Positions 36,201 to 50,483 are shown, counted from the stretch's first letter. The stretch: 64,000 nt of DNA from Anthoceros angustus (GCA_010909165.1 VJWM01000197.1:341477-405476); one strand, 5' to 3'. Numbers and translations: made by a program. Notes: generated by a model not told the origin, from the letters alone.

Positions 36201-37349
36201 TCCTGGGCCTGTTCAGGAACCACTAGTGTGCCAAACTTGTACCTGACTTTTTTGTGTGATGCTGGTGATTAAAGGCATTATCCTTGTCCTCATCAACATC
36301 CAGATTGGACGAGGAGATTTCAATCCAGCCACCACCAAAGTCTTGCGCATGTTAAACAGCTTGGAGATCGGGACAGACGAACGCCATGTCCAGCTGCAGG
36401 CGGAGGTGGACAGCTTGAGACACAAGTTGCAGCTCATCCAACAGGGATCTACGGGTTTAGGTTTGCGCCTCTCCACGTTCCTGAGTTGCCTTGTGCCGTA
36501 GGCGGATGCACGCAAGTGTGAGAAGCACAGCCCTTACTCCCTCTAACCTTGCAGAGTCTGATAAAGTCGGCCACAATCGAGACAACGAAGTCCTGAGGCT
36601 CACGCAGCGAGTGACTTCCCTGGAGAAACGTGAGGCGAGGTAAAGCAATCCATCCCGTCTCCTTCGTCTACCGAGCTGACGTCCCTTGTATGTACGCCGG
36701 TCACAGGCTAACGCCTTGGTACTCTCCTCAGGTACAGGCAAGTATTTGCTGACAAAATTGCAGCCTTCAGGGAAGCTTGCTACTTGCTTTTCGGCTACAC
36801 GGTAAGTCGACTCCAACGTGTTGGTAGAATCAGGTCTGCGAATGAGGCTCCTCCAGTCCATGGTCGAAATCGATCTCACGGCGCCTTCTTTCTCTGTCAT
36901 GGCCAGGTGAAGATGGCAGAGCAGCCGGATTCGTCCGGCCTGCCCCTGACTCTCCTAACCCTGCGGTCCAAGTATGCGCAAAGCGATGACGAGCAGCTCG
37001 AGTTTCAGTACACGTCTGGCTGTGTCAATATGATTGTAAGCTCTTGATTGCTTGCCTCCTGGCTCCTTGCTATATTAGCCTTTCTTCTTCGGCTGACGAA
37101 TGGCGTGCCTTGCTTGACCAGGAGAATTCGTACACCTCGTCTCCAGATCTCGCGCCGCAGGTGAGTTTGTTAAGGTTTTCACCCAGCTGTACTGCCTACA
37201 CGGTTTGCCTCTTCATCGCTCAAGCCTCCCTCAAGCCTCCGCTTTGGTTTCACCTTCAGGTGAACACGTTTTTGAGAAAGTGGCACTGCATTCCCGCCTT
37301 CATTGCCAACCTCACCATCGAGTCGTTCAATAAGGTCACCATGGGCTAG
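33212..37349 (+). CDS. MAD1: Mitotic spindle checkpoint protein MAD1, multi-exon
   Basis: MLLRTPP, CTY.C..MVKSE, long coiled coil, GRGDF...TKVLRM.N, FREACYLLFGY, IPAFIANLTIESFN. Confidence 0.93.
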
Positions 37350-38668
37350 CAGGCGGCCTGCCACTTTTGAAGGAAACCTCAACCTGTTCTACGTATGCTG
37401 GAGAAGGGAGGTACAGGAACCTCAAATCGGATGACACGCTGCAAAACAAGACTGGAAGTGAAAGCCTGTCTAGACGCACCAATCTGGCAAGCCCTTTCTG
37501 GCGGGGAGAGTCGGGTTGGCTGAGTTGGGATTTGAGTTAGTGCGGTGGGAAACCTGTAGCATTGGTCTCTTATCTGCTGAGCACGATTTCTGCGGCCCTA
37601 GTTAACGATACAGTTGCATTAACGTGCACCACTATGTGAAGCACTGCATGACACGTCCCAGCTTCGTCTGAGACAAGATACCCTGTTCGTCTTACATCCG
37701 ACAACCTGTTCGTCCTAAATCCTAGCCTTGTCCGGGACAAGATAAGCCATTTGTCTTACATTCGTATGCCTAGTTGATCTGATCTTCGAAACGGTGGGGT
37801 CCGAAGGACTGTTGAACCAAGGGGTTTATTGTAGAGTATGAAGGAACTCATGATATCCTTGCATTACTTATTTAAAATTTTATAAAGATACTTCCATACT
37901 TATATTTTTTATGTACTCTCATAAGCTTCATAATCCACTGTAGTAGGGCACTGGGTAGTGAGGTGCTTGGATACCACAAAACCTACCTGCAGGAAGCAGG
38001 GGTGCAGCAGGCAGGACATGCGGTGGGGCGTGGTTGGTCGGTTTCCGGCACCTCGGCAATTGACCGCGGTTAGGACGGTCCCACGTGAGCTCTTGGTTCT
38101 GCAGGACTCCACGTCGGGGTAACGGGCAGTTAAACCCCCCTTCAATTGCGCGAGCTTTGGAGGCCATTAGAATAAACGGCAAGGAGGCGGGGAAAGGAAC
38201 GGCGACGCGACTCTACGGTCCCAAGGCCTCCTCCCGCTCTTGTGGCTCACCGTTCACGCCCCAAATCCAGTCTCAGTGTCCATCCACCACATCCCCCGCT
38301 GCCAGCCTCGACTCCCCGCCTGCCGCCATGCTGTCTCCGCATTACTCCTTCCCCTTCCACAGACTCACTCCCGCCGTGTGCTGCCACTGCCACGCCTCTT
38401 AATTCCAGCTGGATTGCGCCGCCCGATTGCGCTCCTCCGCCAGCGCCAGCTGAACGAGCATCCGCACCGCATGGGTTAGCAGGACGCCGTCTTGCAATTG
38501 CGGCAGCCCGGCGGTGCCATGGCCCGCTCGCACGCACTCTAGCGTAGGGCAAGGCTGGCATGGTGCGCATGGACACAGGGGTGCTCGCACGCACCCACGC
38601 CCTCGCCGGCATCACAAGAATGGTGGCAAGCAGGATCGGAGCAAGACAGGGAAAAAGGCAGGTCGCGG

Positions 38669-41600
38669 ATGTTGAGGCAGAGCGAGAACCTTGTGCATCG
38701 CCTGTTTGCGCGGCAGATCGCCCGCGGTTCTGCTAACAATCAAGTATGCGTGCTCATGCTGCCGGACCCCAGGTTTTTTCTTGCGGAATTAATTGCCGCC
38801 TTTTCGTGTGCTGATTGCTCCTGTTTGGGATGGCAGGGGCTGAGAAACCGGCAGCTGTATGAGAACATCGTGCCGAGTCACACCGTGTATGATGTGGATT
38901 GCCCTGACCATGTGTTCCGGAAATTCACCAACGACGGACAGTATCTTGTCTGCTTTAGTCGGAATCTCCAGGATCTTGTTGTGTACCGCCACAACTGGCT
39001 GAGCCACTGTTGTAAGGGGGCTGATTGCGACGCTTCGGATGATCTCCCTCCCAAGTCCAAGAAGTTTGAAAGCTACTTCACACAGCTATATGTCGTATCG
39101 CTTGCCTCGGGTAATGAAGTAATCTGCAAGGATTTTTTCCTGACGACGGAGAATAATTTGTATGGCATCTTTGCGACCACGACTGGGCCTGATTATTCCG
39201 CCCCGGCCACCCGAGGTTCCGTGCCGGGTGTTCCATCGGTTGAGAAGATCTCCATACACCTTGTTAGGTAATACTTGCTTGTGCCACCTGCAGGAGCTTC
39301 ATGGAGGCGTTGCTCGTTTGGCAAGGTGCTGATTTTTCCACCGTTCCAGCATGAGCATCGTCTGCCTTGATTTTGCAGGTTGTCGGATGGAGTAGTTGTG
39401 GACGAGCGCGTCTTCCATGATGACTACATTCAGCTCTCGCACAACGTGGGGGTGGGGGGAATGGGGGTCTTTTTGTACGATGACTTGCTTGTCGTCCTGT
39501 CTATTCGGTTCCAGTGCATCTACATCCTGCAAGTCCGAGAGGCCGGCTTGCTTGTGGACGTTCGTAGCATTGGTGCTCACTGCAGGGAAGATGATGAGCT
39601 GAAGATACATATGCAGGTTCAGGTAAATATTCACTGTTTCAAGCTTAAAGTTGGACTGCGATTTTTCTGGATGTCTAAATGTTTTCGGCGCAACATCCAG
39701 GAGGAAGCTTGGTTCCAGCAGCAACAGGCAGCAGTTCGCAAGGCCAGGGGTGTGCAGACGGAAAGCGATGCTCCACAAGCACACGGTGAACAGCAGCAGA
39801 AGGAAGGTTTGCCTTTCTGCTGGAATGCAAACAGCAACCTGAAGTTAAGAAACCGACAGAACGGTAGAATTCATTTGAGAGGGCAGCCTGCCGCTTCCAG
39901 GGCATGTCACTCGCCTGGAGGAAGTCATTCTATCCAGGAAGGCACAGGTGGGGCCATTCCTTCTACTCCTACAGGAATTTATGGTGGACTTCAGGGTGCT
40001 GACCTTGACCTTCAGTATGACGGTTACTTCAGAGGGTTGTTCACCAGCTTGGACAACGGTCACAGGCAGCACTATAGGGCCGGGGCCCCGGGCGTTCGTG
40101 CAGGTGACCCAAGTTCCTCGCAGGGTAGCCATTCAAGACAGGGTAATGGCTTTGAAGCCGGTCCTTCGCAGGACAGCCGTGGAGCTGCCATGCGCCTTAG
40201 CAGAGCATTCTCGACTTATGAGAACGTGTACGGGAACCAGCAAAGGGCACACCATAATGCACTGGCCTCTACCAGTGGGAGTGGGAGTGGGGGGCAGCAA
40301 CCTGGCACAGGTCCGCCTTCATGGCAAAACCGATCAGTTTCTAGTGCTAGTGGAGAGAGCACTGACCTGCTGACCAGCGAGAGAACAAGTTACTCCCACC
40401 GGGCATCTAGCACCACCCTGACTAGTACCACATGCAGTGGCAGCGGGAGTGGGAGTGGGAGCAGCAAGAGAGACTGGAGTGTGACAGGTGGCAGTGTTAG
40501 TTATGGAGAGGCAGGTGGAGGTTCAGGAAGTAGAAATACAGTGGAAAATAATCATGCTGAATATGTTGTGAGCAGCAGAGCTCTTCGAGGTCGTGCATCA
40601 GGGCTAACTGACATGATGAAGGTTGATGAAGCTGGTGCATCCGTTGCAAGTGCACATCTGGCTAATGGTGGTTACCAGCCGCCAACAGCACAGACAGCTG
40701 TGGCTACTGCGCCGCCCATGTTTTCAGGATCTAGATTTGTAGCTGATGGTAGGGGACCGGTGAGGGGCCCAGACATGCAAAATGGTTCAGCGTCTGCACC
40801 AGTGCATGATAGTATCACTGGTGCAGGACCCAGAGTTAGCTTAGTTGCCGAAGGTAGTCGGCGAGCGCCTATCAGTGCTCACCGTCCCAATGCAGTGCCG
40901 AGAAGCAGTGGTAACATGTTAAGGGGCGGAGGACTTTCAAATCCCCCCTCCTCTAATGGACGACCTGCAAATGTATTGCTTCACGGTGCAAATGGTGGTG
41001 GAGTCGGGCCACAAGCAGAAAATGGCAACAATGCAAGGATTCCGGATGGGGCAGGACAACAAGGAAACCTTATGTTAGGTGGTTTAAAGCAAAGATTGCT
41101 CTCGTTTATTTTCCAGGGCATTCGGAATGATGCCGACCCAGTCCAGGTACTGCGTATTCTCCTTTGTTTGCTGCATATACGCTTCTCTTATTTGTTTTCA
41201 GCTCTGTATGGGTGCTGATATCAAGGCCTGTTGTGATGCTAGGCTGTGGCATGTTCTAAGCTTGATGCTGTAAATGCTGCATGATCACAGAGGGCGAACC
41301 GTTTGAAGAGATTTTACTACTACTTCCAGCAATATGTAGATTTGGTCATGTGGAAGGTGGGGCCATGAAAGCTGTGTCTTGTTTTGACTGTTAATCATGT
41401 TGTAGTTCCTAGACTTGCCGTTCACAACAGTATGATATGTGTGACAAAAAGGAGGATTGATTTTGCGAAGTGTGTGACGATTGGAATGCACTTTCCAGGT
41501 ACAATTTCTGGATCGGTATCATCTGCTGATCAAGTTTGGCAGCGTTGAGGGGGTGGTAAGTTGCTTATCCTCCAACAATTCCCCATCAAGCAATCCTATT

Positions 41601-42788
41601 CAGGGGAGTGCTCGTGGGTCTGTGTTAGACTGCTGCACTTCAATTCAAGAGGCAGCTGGTTCTCAGGATTGCTTTGTTTGCCAGAGGTACATTAGTTTTT
41701 GTGCTTACACCTTTGTGGACTTTTGGAAGCAGGTTCAACGGACCGCAGATAATTCCGCGCAGAATGCTTTTTTCGCTGTGTATAACCTCGAGACAACGGA
41801 GATGCTGGGATTTTATCAGGTTGGCTGGTGATTTTCTTTGCGTAAAGTTGGACTTGGATGTAACCGTTTTTCTGGTGCAACACCTTTGTGACGGTTTCAC
41901 CTGTGGCCCTTCAATGTGTTTTCCCAGCTTCTTCCCTAAAGTATTGAGGGTCAACGTGTTTTAACTACCTTCTGACCTGTGTGGCTGCAGAACTCGTCGG
42001 AAGAATTTTTGTTGTCATATGAGCACTATTGTGATCATTTTAGGGTGGTACCCTCTGTTCCCGTTTCAATGAGCTTCATAACTTCTCATTCAAACAACTT
42101 ACATGCTCGGGAGCAATTTCACAAGCAGAAGGCTGCCCTCATCAACAGCAAGATCGCTATGGCCCAGGTTTGTTGAGCTGACGATGTTTTTCTTCTCTTT
42201 CTCTGTCCTTTTGTCAGTCAGATTTAACCCATTTCTTTGTTCCCGGATCTGCTGCAGGTGGTGAGGAAAACTTTAGCGTCCTTGCCTTTCACCTCGCAAT
42301 CTCATAGTCCTTCCCCTTATTTCGATCAAGCCCTGTTCCATTTTGACGAGAAGGTCAGTAAGGATCCACTGGTATCATGTGCGTCGATATTTCTTCTGAG
42401 ACAGTGGTGGAGTCTCTGCTGCGGCTGCTGATGATGCCTGTGTGTACACTGTTCAGCTTATATCAGCTATTGACAGGCATAGGCCTTGCATGGAGCACCC
42501 TGTCAAATTCATCTCCAGGCGTCGCCCTAATTCTCTGAAATTTAAAGTCAACCCTGGTAAGAAAGTGCCGTGACCCGTCGTTTGGGTTTCGTTGCAACTG
42601 GCCAATTGCTCTTTTTGTTCAGCAAGTTTTCTTACGGCGACTTGGGCGCAGGGTTGGAGCTGGGTTCTAGTGATGGTCGAGGAAAGCGCCTGGCATCATT
42701 TATTTTTCACCCCATATATCCATTCGCGATCTCAGTGCAACAGGCTTACTTGCAGCCGTCCATTGTCAATTTTCACTTCCGCAAGTGA
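38669..42788 (+). CDS. DET1: De-etiolated 1 with a large low-complexity insertion
   Basis: NLVHRLFARQI, RQLYENIVP.HTVYDV.CPD..FRKFT.DG, HCREDDEL, KQRLLSFIF, SPSPYFD..LF.FDEK, FHP..PFAIS, VNFHFR. Confidence 0.95.
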
Positions 42789-43132
42789 AGTATATTCGAC
42801 GCGGAATGTGGTTCGTTTGCGCAAAACGTCAGCGGTTGGAGGGCCTCGGCTTGATCACCTCACTAAATTTTTTTCTTGTCCAACAATTTTGCCCAGGAAG
42901 TGGAAGCATCGCTGCGATCGACGACTTCCATCTTTTCTGGTTATGCAGGTTCTACATTTGTAACCTGCCTGTACACTAATTACTGAAATATGATTGATCA
43001 GATTAAAGAGACGACAGTTAAAGCTTTGTCCCAAAGCAAAAATGAGATGCCGTGCATACGACATGGCACGAGCAGTTGCCTGACTAATGATTCATGGCGA
43101 TCCAAATACCTACCCCTCCCCTTGCACCAGAT

Positions 43133-45007
43133 TTATTCTTGAGCTATGTAAACAGTGGACTTGGAGAATCTACGAATCGACTCCTCGATTTCCCGCAATT
43201 GGGAGTCAAGAGTGGTCTTCACTTTCACCTGAGAAGGCGTTTCCACGTACAAAGGGAGGCAGCTCAACCTGTGTTCAAGCTCCTGTTTGTCTGTGTGTCA
43301 AATAGGGAGTGTCCAATTTGTGTGGCACAGAAATGTGGTGTTAATTAAACAGAGAGGCCTCAGGGTTTCAAAGAGGTGTCAAACCAAGGATACTGGATTC
43401 CAGAGTCTTAAGTACGTCTTTTCTCTCATCATCTTTCATTTGAACCACACCGGGCGGAAGCTTTTTAGCCTTCTCTTGCAGCAACCTGTCACATCACCTG
43501 CTTTGCCGTAAGACTCGGCTTAAGACCCTATCAACTATACAACGTTTCCAGCAGGCTCAGGAGCGAACTCACCTTTGTTCGGCATCCTGAGCAAGCTCAA
43601 TTTTCCGTCGCAGTAAGCTGCATGGCCCACCATACAAATCATCCTGTGTGATATGCTGGTGAGCTCAACCCTACCAGCCGATTTAAGAGATAGGGTTGGT
43701 ACTTACTATGCCGGAATTTTGCCATAGTTCTCCTTTTGCCTATCGTCCTTGACCTGGATAGGCCTTGGTGGTTGTTTTGTCACCGCATCATACAAGTTCT
43801 TGCTCACAAAGTCTATGGTTATCTTGGGTTTGAAAGGCACACGAGGCTTCATGAACCACACGCTTCTGTGTAAGATGGGGCAACACTCTTCGGCGGCTAT
43901 GCTTGGGGTTCGTAAGAAATGATTACAACAACTTACGTCTGCTTTGATTTTCCGCAGTTTCTGTTTTTCGGTTGCCGCGAAGTCGTCTGCGATCTTCGTA
44001 AGGGCCTGTTTCAAGTCCACAGAAACTGCATTTCAGCACACCTGAACCCGTATTTTACACTTCAGGTCGAGAGTATGATCGGCCTTAAATGGATGAATTT
44101 GACCTAGTGGCGACGACTTAAGTGTTGTGGTGAATGGAGACACCCTTTGGTGAAGACAAGATAAAATCCTTCCCGTCACAGGATGTACTATGATACCAAG
44201 CTTCTCTCTGGGACATGGTGACAGGGAGCTGCCAGAAAACCTGAACAGCATAACAGAGCTACGAGGGAACACTGCCCATGGACACCATGTCCTCAAAACG
44301 GTGTGACGCCTACTATGATGAGATGCAAAGGGGGTTACACTCAGCAATAAACAAGGCACGAGCTTACTACCTGTTCCTTCGACGCCCGGTTTCGTTCACT
44401 CTGTTCCACAATAGCTGCACGATTATCCCTAGTATGATCCCGAGGAGTAATTCCAAGCTCTCGCATCTCCTCTCTGTCAAGCGTACTGATTCATTCCTCT
44501 AGCTCCGCACAAACAAAGAACCATGCAACAACCCAGACCTTGACCACACCATCCAGAACTCAAACACACCAAGTCAAACCTGATCCCTTTCGGCGGCCTC
44601 AGCAGATTATCAACTTGGGAGCTGTCAATGTGACTGGGCAAAGGGCCCTTCTTGTACTTATTGATCTTAGGAGCTCCCAGGTCATCATGATCCTAGACGG
44701 GGGAAAGACAAGGTTTCAACAAAAGTACTCTGCCTCCGCCTGACGCCAGGGGACTGAATGAAATCCTTTGGCATACCTCGACCATTCATATATCAATCTC
44801 ATTTCACGATAACATGAACGCAAAGCAGTGTTAGTGTGAACATGCCGATGGATAAAGGAGAGAGCTCTTGTCCGCTCCCTGGGCTCCAGGAAGCCGCCCA
44901 TCTGGAACAAGCTTGTAGATACTCTCATCTTCAATCCCTGACACCAGTCGCTTCAAAGCTTGCAAATTCGACTTCTTGCAAGAGTTCTGAAGCACCGTCG
45001 GCCCCAT
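43133..45007 (-). CDS. ENKD1: Enkurin-domain protein (ENKD1/enkurin family), multi-exon
   Basis: Spliced: DFVSKN, NYGKIPAY LLRRK, PPGVVQMKDDERKDVLKTL, LPLYVETPSQVKVKTTLDSQLREIEESIRRFSKSTVYI*. Confidence 0.8.
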
Positions 45008-45676
45008 AGACAGGAGAAATCCTGCTGCGGTTGCGCAAACAAGGCAGACAAATACAACCAGACCAAGACACCGCAACGCATCAGCGACATGCACAGACCG
45101 TCAACCGAGCACAAGCAACATGACCACAGACGTTAGAATCCGAGGACGGCAGACCACTACATTGGAGCCGGCGACGGCGGTGGCTACACACTACACGGGC
45201 AAATATACGCGTCACCCAGAAACGAGCGTCAAGACTTCCGGACAAAACCTAATCGAACAAAACGGGGGCCGTTCCCGTCAGGCCGTCAATTAAGGTAGCC
45301 GTTACGCAGTTCCGTCAGGACCCTTCCCGCTCTGGCGACCTTCTTGAGCTCCAAACGTGGCCAAAGCTGTGCATTGCTGGATCGGGATCGGACATTGGCT
45401 CCATGCAGGAGGCAGTGCTGCACTCACTCACGTTATTGCAACCAAATCCACCAGAAACATAATGTCGCGAATGTGACGTGATTCAAGCTTGATTCCATCA
45501 AATCTGGCCATGACAAGGAGAAGAATGTGCGGCACCACACATCACAACGTTTGCAGGAGGGACAAGAATGTGCCGTACCTCAGGGTTGCACATTCTGTGT
45601 TATAGAGAGCAATTGGAACTTGAAAGCTCATGTGAATGACAGCTCGACTTGGCATAGCATATGGTGGGTTCCCAGC

Positions 45677-48600
45677 ATGGGACCGGACTCTGGACTGTTT
45701 CGAACATTGCTAGAGCAGAAGGAGAAGGAATTGGTCTCACTGTGTGAACATCAAGTGCACCTTCTTCAGGACCAGGTACCTAGTCATTGTCTCTTCAGGA
45801 CCAGGGAGTTAATTCTTCAAGTCTCTCAGTAATCTCTCTGGCTAGAGCCTGTCAAACTGGCTATCGTCGGTTGCATTGAGTACATAACTCGTCCAGCATC
45901 CTTTCTTTGTAGATTGCTGACAGGGGCAAGGAATCGGAAGACTTAGCAGAACGACTCACACAGCTACAAGATGATTTTCAGGTTTCAATTTCCCGAACTT
46001 TGCATTCATGCTGGCCTCCTTCTATCAATTTTGCTGAATGCTACCGTGTTGTGTCTATTATGTGCAGTACAATCTGGGCCTCCTGGACGATAGAGATGCC
46101 GAGCTTGCCCAGTACGATTCAGCCATTTTATCTTTCCAGGTGACCAACAAGTTCTCCCATGAAGTTGACCTTCATGTCCCGAAGTGTTATACGAATTAGA
46201 ATGGTGTTATAATTATTCCTGAGTTGCACATTGGGCCTTGATCAATCAGGCTGCAGCAAAGGAGCAAGAACGGCAACTTCAAGAAGCGAAAGCAAGACTT
46301 GTGGAATCCCAGAATGAGAGGGATCAGGTTGGCGTCGTTTCATGCAGCGCAGTCATAACAGACTTAGCTCCCCGAGAAGAACATCTGCTCTGATGTGTTG
46401 CTCCCCCACCCATATAGGAAAGGATAAGGACGAGGGAACTTGAGAATCACTACCAGAGGAAGCTCAAGGAAATGCAAGATCAGGTATGCTGTTGCTTTAT
46501 AGCTGGTATCTGCCAGCTTGAACATTCGGAACATACAGAAACTGGATTTCCGCAGGTGCAAAACCTTCGTTTGACGAAAGAGGAGCTGCAAGCAAAGCAA
46601 AGGCTTGCTTTTGAGGCTACCCGTGCAGGTACTTGGCAACTCAAGTGCTTTGTTTTCCCCAGATCATGTTGCCGAAGGCATCCTGAAGACATGCCTCTTG
46701 GAGCAAGTTTCTGGTCACTTTTGTCGATTTGCTCTGTACAGGTGTCACGGAAAAGCTTTAGTACATTACTAGTAACTTGTAAAATTTTTTTGCTTCAGAC
46801 CTGATGCGACAGTTGATGGAAAAACAGGAGCAGTTGGACAATCAGAGCAAGGAGATAGAGGATCAATATCTTGATCAGTTGCACAAGCAGGAGCTGCAAC
46901 ACCAGGTTGTAGCACATTGTTATTACGCAGCTTTTCATGTGGTAAAAGACAATCATTACATAACTCAGCAGCTCCCTTGACACAGATGCAGATGGATGAA
47001 GCTGTGAATAAGCTTTTCACTATGGAGGCACAAGTCAAACACCTAGTACACTCCTCACCTGCTTGCCATATCCCATGTTAAGGTGGGCCCAACATACATT
47101 GACTTGCTGACAATGGTGGACTTGCACTTGGTTCTGTGAATACAGGAGAGAGAATTAGAGGTGGGACGGAACCGAGAAATCATACAGCACAAAGAGGTGG
47201 GTTGCAGCAAACCTTGGATGGAATTCTATCTACTTTACAAATGGTCAATCTTCCCTTGAGCAGTAGTGGTTTTCAGCCGTCACCAACTGTAGCTTGATTT
47301 CAGGAACTCGAGCTGCAAGCCTCTGTGGAAAAGAAGGAGAAGCAGCTCCAGGTAATGAGTTGCCCTTCATAGTAAGTAGTTACATTGACTATTGAATCCT
47401 TTCATATACTTATGGCACAGACGACTGCAGAGATAATCAGGTAGAAATTGTTACTCCATTGAATGTTTAGGATATGTCGATGCACGTAAAGCGGTTACAA
47501 CACGACCAGGATGATTTGAAACTGGAGTACGACAGGGAGATGAAGAGGATGTCTAATAAGTTGGAAAAGTTAGCCGAATCGCATGCCTCTGCACTTGCAC
47601 AGAAGGTGCTAAACTGTTACTGCTTTAGTTTTAATGCATGATATACAAGTAATATATCTCCAGCTTAGGAGGCAATAGAACGGAACAGAAAAGCAATTGA
47701 CACTACGTAGTGGTAATTCAACCCACCATCTGCAACATACAGGAGGCATCGAACCGGGCATTAGATTTGCAGTTGAGGGCGCTTGAAACTGAGCTTGCAA
47801 GCAACGAGGCAGAAAAGATTGAACAGATCACAAAATTCAAAGAGAGGGTAAGACGAAAATTGGGCATGCAGAAGGCTATTTCTTTGTGTGGGATCCATAA
47901 TTGAATTCTTCTAAGAAGAGCAGGTGAGGCACATGGAAGAGGAATTGGTCTCGTTAGAGGCTCAAGAAGAGGGGCACATTCGGGAGTTCAAACGCCGGCA
48001 GGAGCAGCGTTTGCAGGTATGCTTCTGATATAGAATGCGTGCAACTGTACCCTCACAATGTACTTCACATGTCGATCAGCCTGACAGCTTGCACATTCTT
48101 TTCGAGTTACCTGGAGTAGATAAAGTGAATGTCCTATGCATTTTTGTGTGACAGCTATTTCGTATCCGTAATTCTTGGTGCAGAACTTTAAAACTGAGGC
48201 GCTGAACTGGAAAGCCGAGCATGAGAGTCTGCTTTCCAAGTACTCTGTTGTACAAAAGGAGCTGACAGCAGCTCTCACGCGGGAGAAAATGCTGCAAGCA
48301 GAGATTTCTGAGAAGGCAAAGGAACTTCAGAAGGTAGTCAAGCATACTCTGACCTTCGATCTATCAATCTGACTATTGTTCTCAGGTTGTCGAGGCTGAA
48401 TATAAGCGGATTATTCTATGCGTTCTGCCAGGTGAATTAGTTGTTTTGATGTTCTCAACGTAATTTAGACCCAGCGTATTCCACTGTAAAACCAACATTT
48501 CCCCCAATTCACCTCAGGAGTGTCAACTGGGATGCACTATTTAGCAGCATGGTTAACTTGTTGAACTTCCTCAGGTATCAGTGCACTTCTCATATTCCAT

Positions 48601-50483
48601 CCATCATACCTTAGTCCTCGATAGGCAAGAAGGAAAGAGCATTGAGTATTTCTTCTGAGCAGGAAGATTTCGTGGCCTTGTCAAAGCAACCACCTTTGGC
48701 AAAAATCAGAACAAATGTCAGCAAGAGTGTAAGCAACAGTGTGGTTTCTCTGGATACTGACCTGCCTGCTCCATCACCTCTTCGTTCTCCATATTCTAGT
48801 CAAGGTACAAGTTGCATTTGCGTAGTAGCCGAACTTTGACCCACCCTAAATCTAAATCCATGAAGAAGACCGTAGATTGAATTCCGATAAGCAGTGGTAT
48901 GTGAAAATGAATCTAACTCTTCAAACGGGACTTATATGTGACTACAGGGACACTGGACCATGTACCTGATTTTCAAGAAGATCAACAGTCGTATGCCCAA
49001 GTGCAAGGCCTGCACCTTGAGAACCAGCAGCTGCAGTCTACAGTGCAGGATCTCACGGAGCAGAACGAGCGACTCCGATCTGTAGTGGGTAAGTTTTCTC
49101 CTGGCTGTTTGGCAGAGAGACTGTTGCGAAGATAGCCTAACGTTTGTTTTCAATTTGGGAACTGTTGACTAGGCATGATGCGAAAGGAGATGGAAGCATT
49201 GCAGAAAGCAGCGTTGGCGGAAAGCAGCAAAAAACAACTTACATCAACCATGCCAGAGGTGTGTGAATTTTGTGGTCTCCCATCTTCAAGACATTCTTGT
49301 TACAGTGTTTTGGCTTTGATTACGACTTTGTAGGTGACAATGCTGCAAGAGGAGGTGCAAAAACTGACGTCCCAAGCAGTTACAATAGCGTCACAGCTAA
49401 AGGTTTTGCAAGAAATCAAAACCGACACTGGTACAGGGGATGAAGGCATGCTGTCAGAGCTTCAGAGCAAGAGGACTGCAACACAACCGCATCTGTGAGG
49501 AGTGTGCCTGTACTTTGAATGTTACGGCCAAGTAGAGGCTGTCTCCCGAATTTTGATGTCCTGAGGGATAACTGTAATGCATGTGCAGGACAGTTAAGAA
49601 TCCTCCAATTGGAACAGAAACAGCAACAATAATGGCATTGGAAAGGGAAAAGGCTGCACTTCTGAGGCAGCTGGAAGTCGCCGGGACTGATGTCATTCGC
49701 ATCGCAAAGGAGCGAGATCAGCTGATGGAGCTGAGCAACTCATTACGGGCAGATTTGAACAGGTTAGTGACACTCCTCTGCTGCAATAATTACTTAATGG
49801 AAAGTGGGGCACCCATCCTTGCTGCCCACGTTTTGGCCGGGTTCGAAATTGTGATGTATACGTGATCGGGTGCACTGACCACATCTAACCTCGCCGTACC
49901 AGGTTGGCTCCTTTCGAATCTGGGCAAGCTGTGTCTAGCCATGGTTTCGTTGGGAGCCATGCCGCGAATTTTGAAACGCATACAAGCCATCTTGTGGTAC
50001 TCCAGACTACCTTATCGCCTGGAAACTGGGCTCGGTTTGTCTAGTCAATCTGGAAAGTGAGGTGAATTATTCACACTGGCAACACGCTTGTGTACAGGGT
50101 AAAGCAAATGAACAGTCATCCGATCGAGGAAAGAATTTTTCAGGTGCATCCCAGAACAGTTCACAGCCAAATCTTCACAAAACCCGGTCAGATCCCTTCC
50201 AGAAGCTCATGCAATTGCAGGGAACTTCGACTACCACCCATGAAAGACGAGCAGTATCAGAATATGATCCCCTGCACAAGGTTAGTAAAGGCCGTGGCAC
50301 AAAAATTTATGCACGTTGAATGGCATTCTGAAAGCATGCCTCATCACCTCACCAGAGATACAGTCATCTGCCCCACAGGGAACGGCTAGCCAGCTTTCTT
50401 GGTTGAAATCAGCCTCGAAACGTCGAGAAGACGCCGGTAAGGTGAAAGTGCGAAACTACAATATCAAGGATGAAGCGCTGTAG
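45677..50483 (+). CDS. CCDC57: CCDC57-like centriolar coiled-coil protein, many short exons
   Basis: LLEQKEKEL, LQDDFQ|YNLGLLDDRDAELAQYD, ERDQLMELSNSLRADL and terminal KVRNYNIKD. Confidence 0.78.

Noticed and set aside
37660-37770. Short gacaagata..tcgtcttacat repeats between MAD1 and DET1
   Set aside because: Too short and degenerate to call a MITE; no TIR/TSD pair.
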